This document shows, piece after piece, positions 17,201-24,800 of a stretch of DNA of 64,000 bases. Numbering within the stretch: the stretch's first letter is position 1; each line of letters begins with the position of its first letter. Where the stretch lies: the sequence record NC_048779.1; one strand, 5' to 3'. The position numbers and the translations under genes were made by a program. Under the pieces are notes generated by a model. The model had not been told where the DNA came from, made no database searches, and worked only from the letters and a program-made list of their open reading frames with translations.

Positions 17201-17932
17201 ATTGTCTTCACCCAAAGTACCTTCGATTACTTCACCTTGTCGGTAAGAACCCACGAACTCTGCTTTGAAAGCTTTATCGATTTCTGCTGAGTACACCGGT
17301 TCACCGCCGACGCGTTCAATAGTAATGTACTGTGCAGGTGCATGCGGGTTAGCTGGAAGTAGATTTCCGTCTACTGATGTATCACTCACCGCAATACCTG
17401 TGCCGTCGGTCATCGTGCCGTCTGGGTTCGGTGTGACTTTACGTAAGGGCATGGTGCCGGTCACGACTGGTGAAGATACACGTAGATGACTCAAGCGAAC
17501 TTCTAACTCACCCGGTTCAAATTTGTAACCCAGTAAGCGTTGGATTTCTTCGATAGTCATGGAGTCCTTCACGACTAGGTAAAGTTCGGCGATGTCTTCT
17601 ACGTAATAAAGTCCCGGAATAACGATGTTTTCAAACACTTCCATGTTTGGAACTTTGATGCGTTCTTTTTGATTCAACACCGGTACGGTATCACCCGGTG
17701 ACCAACGTTGAGTGAATTCAAACCCATCACGACCAGTCAATTTGATTTCGCCAATGAAAGCACCGGAACCAGCGTAGGTTTCTTTGATTGTTTTAAACGT
17801 CACTTCGTCATCGGTCAAACCTTCAAAGCGAGATTTCGCTAAGAGGATGTCCTCAGGGTTGCCTTTAGATTCCGCATAACTGATTCGAATCAATGCGGTT
17901 TTATCCAAAAGGATTTGTCTAATATGTTGCAT
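14249..17932 (-). CDS. Large poly-Ig (Big/invasin-like) protein, probable virion decoration or adhesin
   Basis: Start moved to MQHIRQ (ATG 17932; AAGGA RBS; a hairpin lies between it and the upstream ATG). N-terminal domain shared with 18003-19190 and 11420-11872, followed by ~95-aa repeats such as TITGTLKDQ.G..M.GVTV and D.NG.P. Confidence 0.85.
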   Translation of the reverse strand: MQHIRQILLDKTALIRISYAESKGNPEDILLAKSRFEGLTDDEVTFKTIKETYAGSGAFIGEIKLTGRDGFEFTQRWSPGDTVPVLNQKERIKVPNMEVFENIVIPGLYYVEDIAELYLVVKDSMTIEEIQRLLGYKFEPGELEVRLSHLRVSSPVVTGTMPLRKVTPNPDGTMTDGTGIAVSDTSVDGNLLPANPHAPAQYITIERVGGEPVYSAEIDKAFKAEFVGSYRQGEVIEGTLGEDNTFDIDLGLSGEVTDDLQLLVSVGLDRDKLTDVYSVSYVDEHWDIDEYTVNVDKTRVGEPFRIAGSVSGDFGRTPWGDELLEPKIIIEEQGEGPVEIPFGTNGTFDVEHTPVVAGEMVVKFVCGLPQDLNMFSQTHQILAALSVDDLIIGPLSADKTEVGADELVTLTSSLLSSDDLTMTDVPVDFLVDDQVTTQLFASPEGVLEHIYDVENDTSDPVTYAVKLRLGEEESNVITITVQPSEQIPGRFEIINDEGELFKPAELRFKIYDTVERPMVGTSGTWYRENGAPKAYVVDGDEYVATLDSPVDAENTVVESITLKCQSLVKPIDFTWNLVRRFDEVVLDPSNPTEGVTDQPITLSGKTVDQTDTVVANVPLVFKNNGVKVSDITSDEQGVFNVDITETDESEHLYSFAGENDIGASIAVTWAKNHILTAIQMASPTTVDLFTDTTLKVEGTVVDQYDDPMQGETVTLEYPDGHTETQTTTESGFSFDAVYRDNGELSQTINVKAGSLTTPITVNWTVKSEPVINNLAVVPTTVEPGEDYTVTGQIEVNYTKDWSTTHVTITNDAGETNDVLCNADGTFAYVGTAVAEGDYELIADAVEVDTLAVTVNLTVFETRVPTTFEMDTADKVENVDQNITITGTLKDQKGGVMEGVTVELKDGDTLLDSQATLANGSFSFTHTESNPGAKVYTVVTGSVTQDLNVTWKDPNLVTAINQVAPVDNDVVADQEITVKVELLNSDGNPVVSKEPTFTYTGAATPTQNGNTFTITEDSETNATLTVSADGVDLPITLTWAAPPAVYSTIEVVSGETTGTTGETVPVKIVTKDQNGDPMPNQAVTWNTGGAPFPVSFTDGNGELTFSFSSEDEGAVTYNFSGGGGVTGTSHTITWSDPAPVYTGIDVQHGNLNVAAGETVTFTITTVDQNGQPMDQEQVVMYDGNMTWPARTSDLEGVVVYEFTETEAKSMIYAFLGGDDRKEYTVTWS
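14252..17332 (-). repeat. Array of about 10-11 diverged Ig-like repeats (protein level)
   Basis: Repeats end in a (I/L/V)-T-(V/W)-T-W-type strand (IDFTW, IAVTW, ITVNW, LNVTW, ITLTW, HTITW, YTVTW); the last two units are clearly duplicated (P..VY..I.V..G.....GETV...I.T.DQNG.PM). Confidence 0.75.
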
Positions 17933-17959
17933 TCTAATATCCTTAGTACGCGTCAAAAA

Positions 17960-17983
17960 ATAAGTGGGGACACCCCCACTTAT
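17960..17983 (-). terminator. Intrinsic terminator
   Basis: ataagtgggg-4nt-ccccacttat followed by a T-run on the minus strand. Confidence 0.7.
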
Positions 17984-18002
17984 AAGATGACTCATTTTAA
18001 GT

Positions 18003-19190
18003 CTACTCCGGCAAGTTAACTTCTAGGTAACCTGCACGCATGAAGTAATACGCTCCCGGTAATCGGAAGACCATTTCATAACTCCCCGGTTCAAGTAGAG
18101 GAAGCGTGAACTCATTGAACTCGGTGGTATTCATTTCAATAGCGGCAACCATACTACCACGATCAAAAATATACACCCCCGGTGCAATATCGTCTTCTGG
18201 AACTGACCATTCCACACCGTCTATTGGTTTGAACTTCAACGAACCCGTAACTTGTTCAGGGTAAGTCACCACTGGTGTAATGGATCCGTCCATCAGGTAA
18301 GTGTAATGATGAGGGGTGAAGACAATGCCATGCACCCAACAAGAAAACCCATTAGGTCCTCGAAGGTAGATTTTTAAGTCTTTACCTACTAGGTCTGAAC
18401 CACTCACCGTCAGTTCAAATGGTTGTCCTGCGGTGTAAGTGAATTTCTTTGGTCCAGTGAAATCAGCAGTGCCTGCATAGGACAAACTGATTTCGTCCCC
18501 ATCGGTTAATTGAGTAGAATCATCTAAACGAATCATTACTTTAGATTCAATACCTTCGCCAACCGCTAAATGGACACCTTCAGCGAATGGGGTTTCTTTT
18601 TCACTTACCAAGTCTTTCACATAAAGACTAACTTTTACGTCAGGATCGTCCACTTCATAACCGTACTCTTGCTTCCCGTCTCTTACCGGCATCAAGCCAT
18701 TAATAAACGGACCACTGAAAGCAACATAGTCGGAGAAACAATCGATCTTAACGATAGACTCATCGAACGGAAAATAGCCTTTAGCCAACTTGTCATTGAA
18801 CGGCATAACCGAACTCAACAACATGACTTCATTTACTTCGTAATAATCCAGTGCTGATACCGGTCGGTTAACACTCTGGGTCATGAAGTTGTCGGGAGTC
18901 CGGAAGTATTCCAAAGGTTCCATGATAGCCAAGAAACCATCGGTAGGTGAAGCGGGGGACCAGTACTGTTTGATCTTACCACCACCGCGTTGACTTAAAT
19001 CAATCTCTGCTGTATAGTGGTGAGTTCCCGGTGCGGTCTCTCGAATGTTACTGATGGTGACTTCATCTAAAGTTAGGTTTTTGTAAAGACGGTTTGCCTC
19101 CTCTATTTTTTCCGGGTCTCCTGTAGCAATTGCATTACGGATACGCACTTCACTCAAACGAGTGATCAGTAGTTGTCGTGGATCTTTCAT
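18003..19190 (-). CDS. Paralog of the large Ig protein (shared N-terminal domain, about 2 Ig-like domains); probable virion protein
   Basis: RQLL.....RI..A...G.PE.I..A......LT.DEVT...I.ET..G.....EI.L..R.G....Q.WSP shared with 14249-17932. Confidence 0.8.
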   Translation of the reverse strand: MKDPRQLLITRLSEVRIRNAIATGDPEKIEEANRLYKNLTLDEVTISNIRETAPGTHHYTAEIDLSQRGGGKIKQYWSPASPTDGFLAIMEPLEYFRTPDNFMTQSVNRPVSALDYYEVNEVMLLSSVMPFNDKLAKGYFPFDESIVKIDCFSDYVAFSGPFINGLMPVRDGKQEYGYEVDDPDVKVSLYVKDLVSEKETPFAEGVHLAVGEGIESKVMIRLDDSTQLTDGDEISLSYAGTADFTGPKKFTYTAGQPFELTVSGSDLVGKDLKIYLRGPNGFSCWVHGIVFTPHHYTYLMDGSITPVVTYPEQVTGSLKFKPIDGVEWSVPEDDIAPGVYIFDRGSMVAAIEMNTTEFNEFTLPLLEPGSYEMVFRLPGAYYFMRAGYLEVNLPE

Positions 19191-19209
19191 GGCATCTCCT
19201 TATTAGCCA

Positions 19210-19231
19210 ATGGGGTCCTCATGACCTCCAT
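19210..19231 (-). terminator. Imperfect hairpin after tdk
   Basis: atggggtc-ctcat-gacctccat with one bulge. Confidence 0.4.
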
Positions 19232-19247
19232 AGCATCGCCGGAGAGA

Positions 19248-19844
19248 CTACGTTCGCTTAAACTTCCCATCCAAGAAATGAGGGAGACATACCGCATGGT
19301 AGGTTTCATTACCACCCACCACCACTGCTGATTCTCCTTGGGTGCCGTAATAAGGTTTCCCGTCTACTACCATCAAGTTATGAGTAGCATTTTTACCACA
19401 CCAACACATTCCTTTAACAATGTTAATGCTAGAAGCGTGACGTAACAACCAATCGCTCGCAGGAAAACCTCCACCTTGGAAGTTATTTCGTAAACCGTAA
19501 CATAGCAAAGGAATACCAAGTTTACGTGCTAAAGTCGCAAGTGCGTCGATTTGCGATTCACTAATAAACTGAACTTCATCAATAATCAGGACATCAGGTT
19601 GACGCTCGTGATCACGCAACCATAACTCCAATTCACCAAGTCCTTCTTTAGGGAAAGGAATACAATTATCCCATTTAGCACCACTACGACTGGTGAGTGT
19701 GCGCGGACAACCGTCTCGAGTATCTACCACAGGTTTCAGTACAAAAGGAATCATTCCGCGTTCTTGGTAATTATACGCGGTTTGTATAGCCGTGGTCGTC
19801 TTACCTGAAGACATTGCGCTTGTATAGAAGTAAATTTTAGACAT
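19248..19844 (-). CDS. tdk: Thymidine kinase
   Basis: P-loop MSSGKTT, IDEVQF, YGLRNNF.G..F..S, Zn ligands CWCG...CLPH. Confidence 0.95.
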   Translation of the reverse strand: MSKIYFYTSAMSSGKTTTAIQTAYNYQERGMIPFVLKPVVDTRDGCPRTLTSRSGAKWDNCIPFPKEGLGELELWLRDHERQPDVLIIDEVQFISESQIDALATLARKLGIPLLCYGLRNNFQGGGFPASDWLLRHASSINIVKGMCWCGKNATHNLMVVDGKPYYGTQGESAVVVGGNETYHAVCLPHFLDGKFKRT

Positions 19845-19977
19845 GAGTTACCTTTTTAGTTTTATTTAAATGTCTGTGAATGAAGAAAAATGGTGCGTAA
19901 ATAATACCCGCAATTACCACCACCATAAAAACAATAGCTCCGAGACAATTCAAAGCCCAATATGTAGTTTTGTTCAA
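19837..19977 (-). CDS. Small single-TM membrane protein
   Basis: Probable TTG start overlapping the upstream TGA; hydrophobic LGAIVFMVVVIAGIIYAPFFF; stop overlaps the tdk start by 8 bp. Confidence 0.55.
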   Translation of the reverse strand: MNKTTYWALNCLGAIVFMVVVIAGIIYAPFFFIHRHLNKTKKVTHV

Positions 19978-20276
19978 TAGAGTACCCAATTTAAGAAATG
20001 CCAGACCACTAGCCCAACGATAAAGGACCTGATGATTCTTCCAATGGTAAACCAATTACCGTCTGGTTCGTAAGGTCGCGTAACAAGGGAAGCGAGTATT
20101 AACGCATACAGTGTTCCTATTGCTAACCCACCCTTTATCGAAGGAAACCCACAAGCGTGGAATAGATTACCAATCGTAAAAATTAACACTATCCGGAATA
20201 AGTCGCGGTTGTTATTGAGTACGTTGTAAGTCCCTTTTAGACCTAACTTATTAAAAACCATTTCCGTGTTATTCAT
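19974..20276 (-). CDS. Small membrane protein (2-3 TM)
   Basis: Start moved to MNNTEM (ATGAATAA overlap with the upstream stop); three hydrophobic segments. Confidence 0.65.
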   Translation of the reverse strand: MNNTEMVFNKLGLKGTYNVLNNNRDLFRIVLIFTIGNLFHACGFPSIKGGLAIGTLYALILASLVTRPYEPDGNWFTIGRIIRSFIVGLVVWHFLNWVLY

Positions 20277-20727
20277 AGGACGAATCCATGCTTGATTGAT
20301 TGTTACAAGACGGTGAGGGTTCATCGCGAACCGGTGTTGGTTCTGGTGTACGATTGTAATCTTCCCGCGTACTGGCGTGACTGACACTTTCGTCACGATA
20401 GTGATGGTGCTGATGTTGAGTAACCACGGTTCCGGGACGTTCTTTGACATACTTTGTTGGTTTGGCTTCGGACACTACGTTTAGAGGAACTTGTTTCTCT
20501 CCACTCCCTACAGTGCGTTTGCAGCCAAACTCTGCTTCAAACTGAGTTCGGAAGTCTGAGATTGATTTCGGGTTGTCTTTTTCTTTTAACCACTCCGCAG
20601 CGCGTACTAACTTAGGTTCCGCAGACAACCACGTTTCCATGTCCCGGATACGTTGTTCTAAAACCCATAGTCGTTGGATTTCCTTTTTTGCTACTTTAAG
20701 TTTAAAAAATCGTTTAAACCAGTTCAT
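20269..20727 (-). CDS. Hypothetical protein
   Basis: 152 aa; AAGGA RBS; amphipathic N-terminus MNWFKRFFKLK; low-complexity C-terminus. Confidence 0.75.
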   Translation of the reverse strand: MNWFKRFFKLKVAKKEIQRLWVLEQRIRDMETWLSAEPKLVRAAEWLKEKDNPKSISDFRTQFEAEFGCKRTVGSGEKQVPLNVVSEAKPTKYVKERPGTVVTQHQHHHYRDESVSHASTREDYNRTPEPTPVRDEPSPSCNNQSSMDSSYE

Positions 20728-20796
20728 GTTCTTTCCTTTCCTTTTATGTAACCGGAGGACGTTGATGTATTACCTTAAAAAAATAAAATACTAAAG

Positions 20797-20824
20797 TATG
20801 TGGACTCCCGTAGGAGTCCACATA
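20797..20824 (-). terminator. Terminator hairpin with cUACGg loop
   Basis: tatgtggactcc-loop-ggagtccacata after the groEL stop. Confidence 0.75.
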
Positions 20825-20834
20825 TTAGTGATAA

Positions 20835-22394
20835 TTAGAAACGTACTTCAGATAGTCGAGAGTTAAGGATAAGAGTTTCTGAATCCATTAACGTAATCGC
20901 CATAGAAGTTGCGGCTTCTAACGCTGTGGTGGTCGCCAGTGCTGCGTCCCAAACTCCTAACTTACCCGGCTCTGCACCTTGTTCACCGGTTGCTAAGTTA
21001 GTGTAAATCATCCCATCCTTGTACTCAGTTAACATCAGATATTCAGATTGACTCTTTAGGACACTCCATAGCCCCTCTACGATTTCACACTCTGGATGCT
21101 TCGCTACTAGTTTCTTACCTGCTAGGATTAACGAGTAACCACAACCTTGTAAGACACCGTTCGACAACGCTGAGACACAAACACGCGCTACGTCTTCAAA
21201 ACGACCTATACGCTCACGGATATCAGATTCCGTAATACCACCGACATACAAAGTAACCGTCCCGCCTGACAAAATACGAAGACGATGTTCGATGATTTTA
21301 CCTAAGGCTGAATGACGTTGGTCCACATTCAGTTCTTTCAGTTCGTTTTGAACGTTAGTAATAGCTTTGTCCAAAGACGCTTTATGAGTCAATGTTGATC
21401 CAGCAAAGGAAACCGCTGCACTTGTAATACGCGCAATTGGGTAATCTTTCGGAACACGATACTCAGGATGGTCTTCCACCAATTGAGTGTGCATCTTCGC
21501 ATCTAGTACTGTTGCGATGTCGTTCATGATGGAAACACCCGAACTACCTGCCGCACGAAGTACAACTGCTTTATATGCCACTCGACCACACTTAGAGTTG
21601 AACGTTTTCAAAGTTTGTTCGGTTACGCTTTCGATACTACGTCCCATGATGAGGTAAGTCCCACCTTTTTCAACGTACTCTCGAGTGTACTCAATGAACT
21701 TAGAAACGGCTTCTTCGTTATCCAAACCATCAATACGACCTGATACTAAGATAGGGCGATAACTATCGTTTTCCATGAACACTTCTGGTGCACCGTTACC
21801 GAGCGTTGAAAACTCAGGAGAAGCAAATCCACCCGGCCAAGAACAACCATGACTTGCTTGCACTTGGTCTTGATCGTCGTTTGCTTCTTTGAATAACAAC
21901 TCAGGTAAATGTGGGTTATCACGGTAGATTTCCAACACTTTGTTGACGATGCGCTCGTCGTTGTTACTGGTCGTCATCATTACTTGACGTAATAAGTCAG
22001 ACTCAACATCTACTTTGGTGGATAGTTCATTGAGGTAACCAACGAGTTCTTGGGTGTATTCACGCAACAGCTTTTTGGTATTGAATGAAATGAGGTGGTT
22101 AAAACGACTGTAGATTTTGTTTAATAGGAACGCGGTGGTTGTCGTTCCATCACCACAGATTTTATCCGTACGCAAACAACATTCCGCCACCATAGTGGCA
22201 AACATGTCTTTAGCCGGGTCTTCAAAGCGCAATGCTTTTGCTACGGTCACCCCGTCTTTGGTTGGGAACGGAATACCGTTTTTATCACAAACCACAACTT
22301 TCCCTTCTGGTCCCATAGTAGAAGTAACGGCTGATGTCACTTCTATTACAGCTTCAGTACGGATTCGTTTGGTTTCTTTAGTTAGGTAAAGCAT
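20835..22394 (-). CDS. groEL: Phage-encoded GroEL-like chaperonin
   Basis: TMGPEG, TKDGVTVAK, GDGTTTT, LYVGG..E..I.ER..R.ED, D......ALE.A.S.A motifs; 519 aa, no GGM tail. Confidence 0.93.
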   Translation of the reverse strand: MLYLTKETKRIRTEAVIEVTSAVTSTMGPEGKVVVCDKNGIPFPTKDGVTVAKALRFEDPAKDMFATMVAECCLRTDKICGDGTTTTAFLLNKIYSRFNHLISFNTKKLLREYTQELVGYLNELSTKVDVESDLLRQVMMTTSNNDERIVNKVLEIYRDNPHLPELLFKEANDDQDQVQASHGCSWPGGFASPEFSTLGNGAPEVFMENDSYRPILVSGRIDGLDNEEAVSKFIEYTREYVEKGGTYLIMGRSIESVTEQTLKTFNSKCGRVAYKAVVLRAAGSSGVSIMNDIATVLDAKMHTQLVEDHPEYRVPKDYPIARITSAAVSFAGSTLTHKASLDKAITNVQNELKELNVDQRHSALGKIIEHRLRILSGGTVTLYVGGITESDIRERIGRFEDVARVCVSALSNGVLQGCGYSLILAGKKLVAKHPECEIVEGLWSVLKSQSEYLMLTEYKDGMIYTNLATGEQGAEPGKLGVWDAALATTTALEAATSMAITLMDSETLILNSRLSEVRF

Positions 22395-22436
22395 TATTGA
22401 TTCCTCGTTAAAAGGTTAAGTTAATTAGTGGTATAC

Positions 22437-22454
22437 ACACCCAAGTAATATAGA
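22437..22454 (-). promoter_or_regulatory. Putative early promoter (copy 3)
   Basis: Minus strand TCTATAT-TACTTG-GGTGT, 43 bp upstream of the groEL start. Confidence 0.7.
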
Positions 22455-22466
22455 CTTGAGTTATTT

Positions 22467-23612
22467 TTACAAACCGGAATAGTTTTTGATTTCCAGTTCT
22501 TGTTCAGTAATAGGTTGAGTCAAACTCATATCGTAAGGACGAAGGAGTTTAACGGTTGCAGGTTTCGTCCAATCTTGATCGGATTCAACGATGGTGTTTA
22601 ACATAGCTAATGTTTCTTTGTCCAAGATCAACTGATTAGCGTCTACTGTGAACGTCGTATTTTCCGCATTGATTTTGTGCGCCACGTACTCCGAATAGAT
22701 CATGTACGGTAACAACTCAGTCATGTATTCTTTCAGCGGAGAGAAGTCTCCGAGGGTTAAACGGGTGTGCAGGCGCTTACTCGGGATACCGTGACCATTA
22801 AACAAGTCTTGGATTAATTCAATGCGCTCCACGTTATCGTGAGTTTCTTTAGGGTATTTAAACCCTAACTCCACCAATCGTTCAAACGGCTCCTCTTTCA
22901 ACAAAGCGGCCAACAGCGCTGAAGCTTTCGGGTCTTTAAGTTGCAACGCACGTTCTTCTAAAGGAATCTCAGACGTCAGGAACGTCATCATGATCTGTTT
23001 TGGAATGTAAGAGTAACGACCTTCACTTAGACCTTCTTGGATAGGTGTTTCTGGGTCCGGTAGGTAATCCGGGTGGTGAAATAATATCGTCCCTGTGTTG
23101 GTTGGTTGTTTGAAAGCCAAACCGTGACAAGGACCAATGCCGCCTTCTTTACCCACGGTTTCTTCGCGAGCTTCAGTGATGCCCATTGCCGCCATACATT
23201 TATCGACAGTAAGGTGACGGTCCATCATCCCGTTGTCGAGGAAAGCACCTTTTAGACCTTCTTCGCCTTGCACGATCAAACCGGCTTCAAGGAAACGTTC
23301 TGTTGCCAACGCGCAACGCTCTTCGAACTTATACTGTTTGGTGAAAGTCAAGTCTTGTTCAAACTCTAGGTAATCGCGGTGATGTAACCCGGCGTCATGC
23401 AAAATGCTTAGATCACCTTGGTTGTTGACCAACCAATCCAGTTCCGCAAGTGCAGGTTTAATAGCAGGTAATTTAACTATGTTAGACCACTGTGGTAACA
23501 TCCCTTCTTGTGTTAAATCAAATTGGTAAGACCAACCGTACTTGACAACTTCACCTAGGGTGTGTTCACTAGAGTTAACAACGTGCTCTAAAGCTTTAAT
23601 AAAATGATTCAT
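22467..23612 (-). CDS. Thymidylate-synthase-fold protein, apparently catalytically inactive
   Basis: TS scaffold recognisable (YG.SYQFDL...P, AELDWL, GGIGP.HG, PD...P.Q....G, L.ER), but PCH reads PKQ and QRS.D/N are absent. Confidence 0.75.
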   Translation of the reverse strand: MNHFIKALEHVVNSSEHTLGEVVKYGWSYQFDLTQEGMLPQWSNIVKLPAIKPALAELDWLVNNQGDLSILHDAGLHHRDYLEFEQDLTFTKQYKFEERCALATERFLEAGLIVQGEEGLKGAFLDNGMMDRHLTVDKCMAAMGITEAREETVGKEGGIGPCHGLAFKQPTNTGTILFHHPDYLPDPETPIQEGLSEGRYSYIPKQIMMTFLTSEIPLEERALQLKDPKASALLAALLKEEPFERLVELGFKYPKETHDNVERIELIQDLFNGHGIPSKRLHTRLTLGDFSPLKEYMTELLPYMIYSEYVAHKINAENTTFTVDANQLILDKETLAMLNTIVESDQDWTKPATVKLLRPYDMSLTQPITEQELEIKNYSGL

Positions 23613-23614
23613 AA

Positions 23615-24259
23615 TTAATCCTTAATTCGGAGTTCTTGGCGTTTAAACATGTCAGAGAAATGTTCGTGTTTTAAACGCAGGTAATTGTTTCTATCGAAAG
23701 GTGTGTTAAAAACACCGGCGTCATGGAGAGAATCCGAAATCTCGTCTTCGTGACCCTCTAGGTTATAATCTGTGGAGTAAAATAGGTAATAACCAAACCC
23801 ACATATTTTGTGATGGGGAGACAACTGAGTATTTTTGAACTCACTGCCTTCATCAATGACTGTTTGGACTTTCTGAACGTATTCGTCTATGACTTTAGCG
23901 AACTGCTCAGGTGCTGTCATGTAGTTGGTCTTTTTAATCGTTTCTAAGAAAGAAAAGACTTCGACTTGTTCACCGGTATCAATACCAATGAAAAAGAATA
24001 ACTGCCAAGCTCGAGGTTCTAATAGTAAAGAGATGATGCCGGAGATCGCGGTCTCTCGATCTCTTCTTTTTGATAAACGTTTTAGTTTAGGGGACCAATC
24101 GATGGTATCTAGCTGATGAGCGTGACTACCAAAGAAGTAAAGGTGCTCGCTGATGTCTTTAACCGCCATCGCCATGGTGTGTCGGTTGGCTCGCTCTCGA
24201 CGGGATTGACGTAGTCTCAGTTGGACACCGCGACGTTCACCCTTATTTCTTTTACTCAT
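23615..24259 (-). CDS. Hypothetical protein with Arg-rich N-terminus
   Basis: 214 aa; KRNKGERRGVQLRLRQSRRERANR. Confidence 0.8.
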   Translation of the reverse strand: MSKRNKGERRGVQLRLRQSRRERANRHTMAMAVKDISEHLYFFGSHAHQLDTIDWSPKLKRLSKRRDRETAISGIISLLLEPRAWQLFFFIGIDTGEQVEVFSFLETIKKTNYMTAPEQFAKVIDEYVQKVQTVIDEGSEFKNTQLSPHHKICGFGYYLFYSTDYNLEGHEDEISDSLHDAGVFNTPFDRNNYLRLKHEHFSDMFKRQELRIKD

Positions 24260-24269
24260 GTTATTATTC

Positions 24270-24761
24270 CTAATTATTATTTACAGGTTCTGCGGATAGG
24301 TTGACGAAATAGAACGTTCGACCAATGTAGGGTTCTAACGCTTTAACTAATCGCTCACTATCTTTAACAGGGACGTCGTAAGCCACACTCATATGTGGGA
24401 TGTATTCAGGCCAACCGTGTTCATAACCAGCGGCCATCCACTTAAAGTGTTCTTCCACTAATTCTTCCGATTCTAAAGTCAACGCTACTGCTGACTGTAA
24501 CCCGTCTTTAACTTCACCCATTAGTTCCACACCGATCACCTTCGCTTCGTACAAACGGTTTTTATCGATGTCTATGTCAAGGGTGTTATCTATCAACTCT
24601 TTGTCGTAAGCGACCGTAACGTGAAAGTCACCATCGTCAATAGGCTTGATCCCCTGATTAGCAACTAACTCTCTTAAACGACCACACTGAAAATAAGCCA
24701 GATCAACGGAGACATAACCTTTATCCACTTTACTTTTGGTTGAGTCTGAATTGAGTTTCAT
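24270..24761 (-). CDS. 2H phosphoesterase, Acb1 (T4 gp57B)-like anti-CBASS nuclease candidate
   Basis: Two H-x-T/S motifs (FHVTVAY, PHMSVAY); N-terminal GYV, L.L.SE.L...H...A.G..H....Y.PH and C-terminal EP match T4 gp57B as I recall it. Confidence 0.75.
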   Translation of the reverse strand: MKLNSDSTKSKVDKGYVSVDLAYFQCGRLRELVANQGIKPIDDGDFHVTVAYDKELIDNTLDIDIDKNRLYEAKVIGVELMGEVKDGLQSAVALTLESEELVEEHFKWMAAGYEHGWPEYIPHMSVAYDVPVKDSERLVKALEPYIGRTFYFVNLSAEPVNNN

Positions 24762-24800
24762 GAATTAATCCTTAAACTTTTTTATTTGATGCGCAAAAAT

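Noticed and set aside
20277-20450. Apparent 182-bp same-strand dual coding between 19974-20450 and 20269-20727
   Set aside because: Explained by a downstream start at 20276 with an ordinary 8-bp overlap.
23124-23132. PCH tripeptide suggesting an active thymidylate synthase (thyA)
   Set aside because: It aligns with the GPVYG loop; the true catalytic position reads PKQ, so no thyA symbol was assigned.
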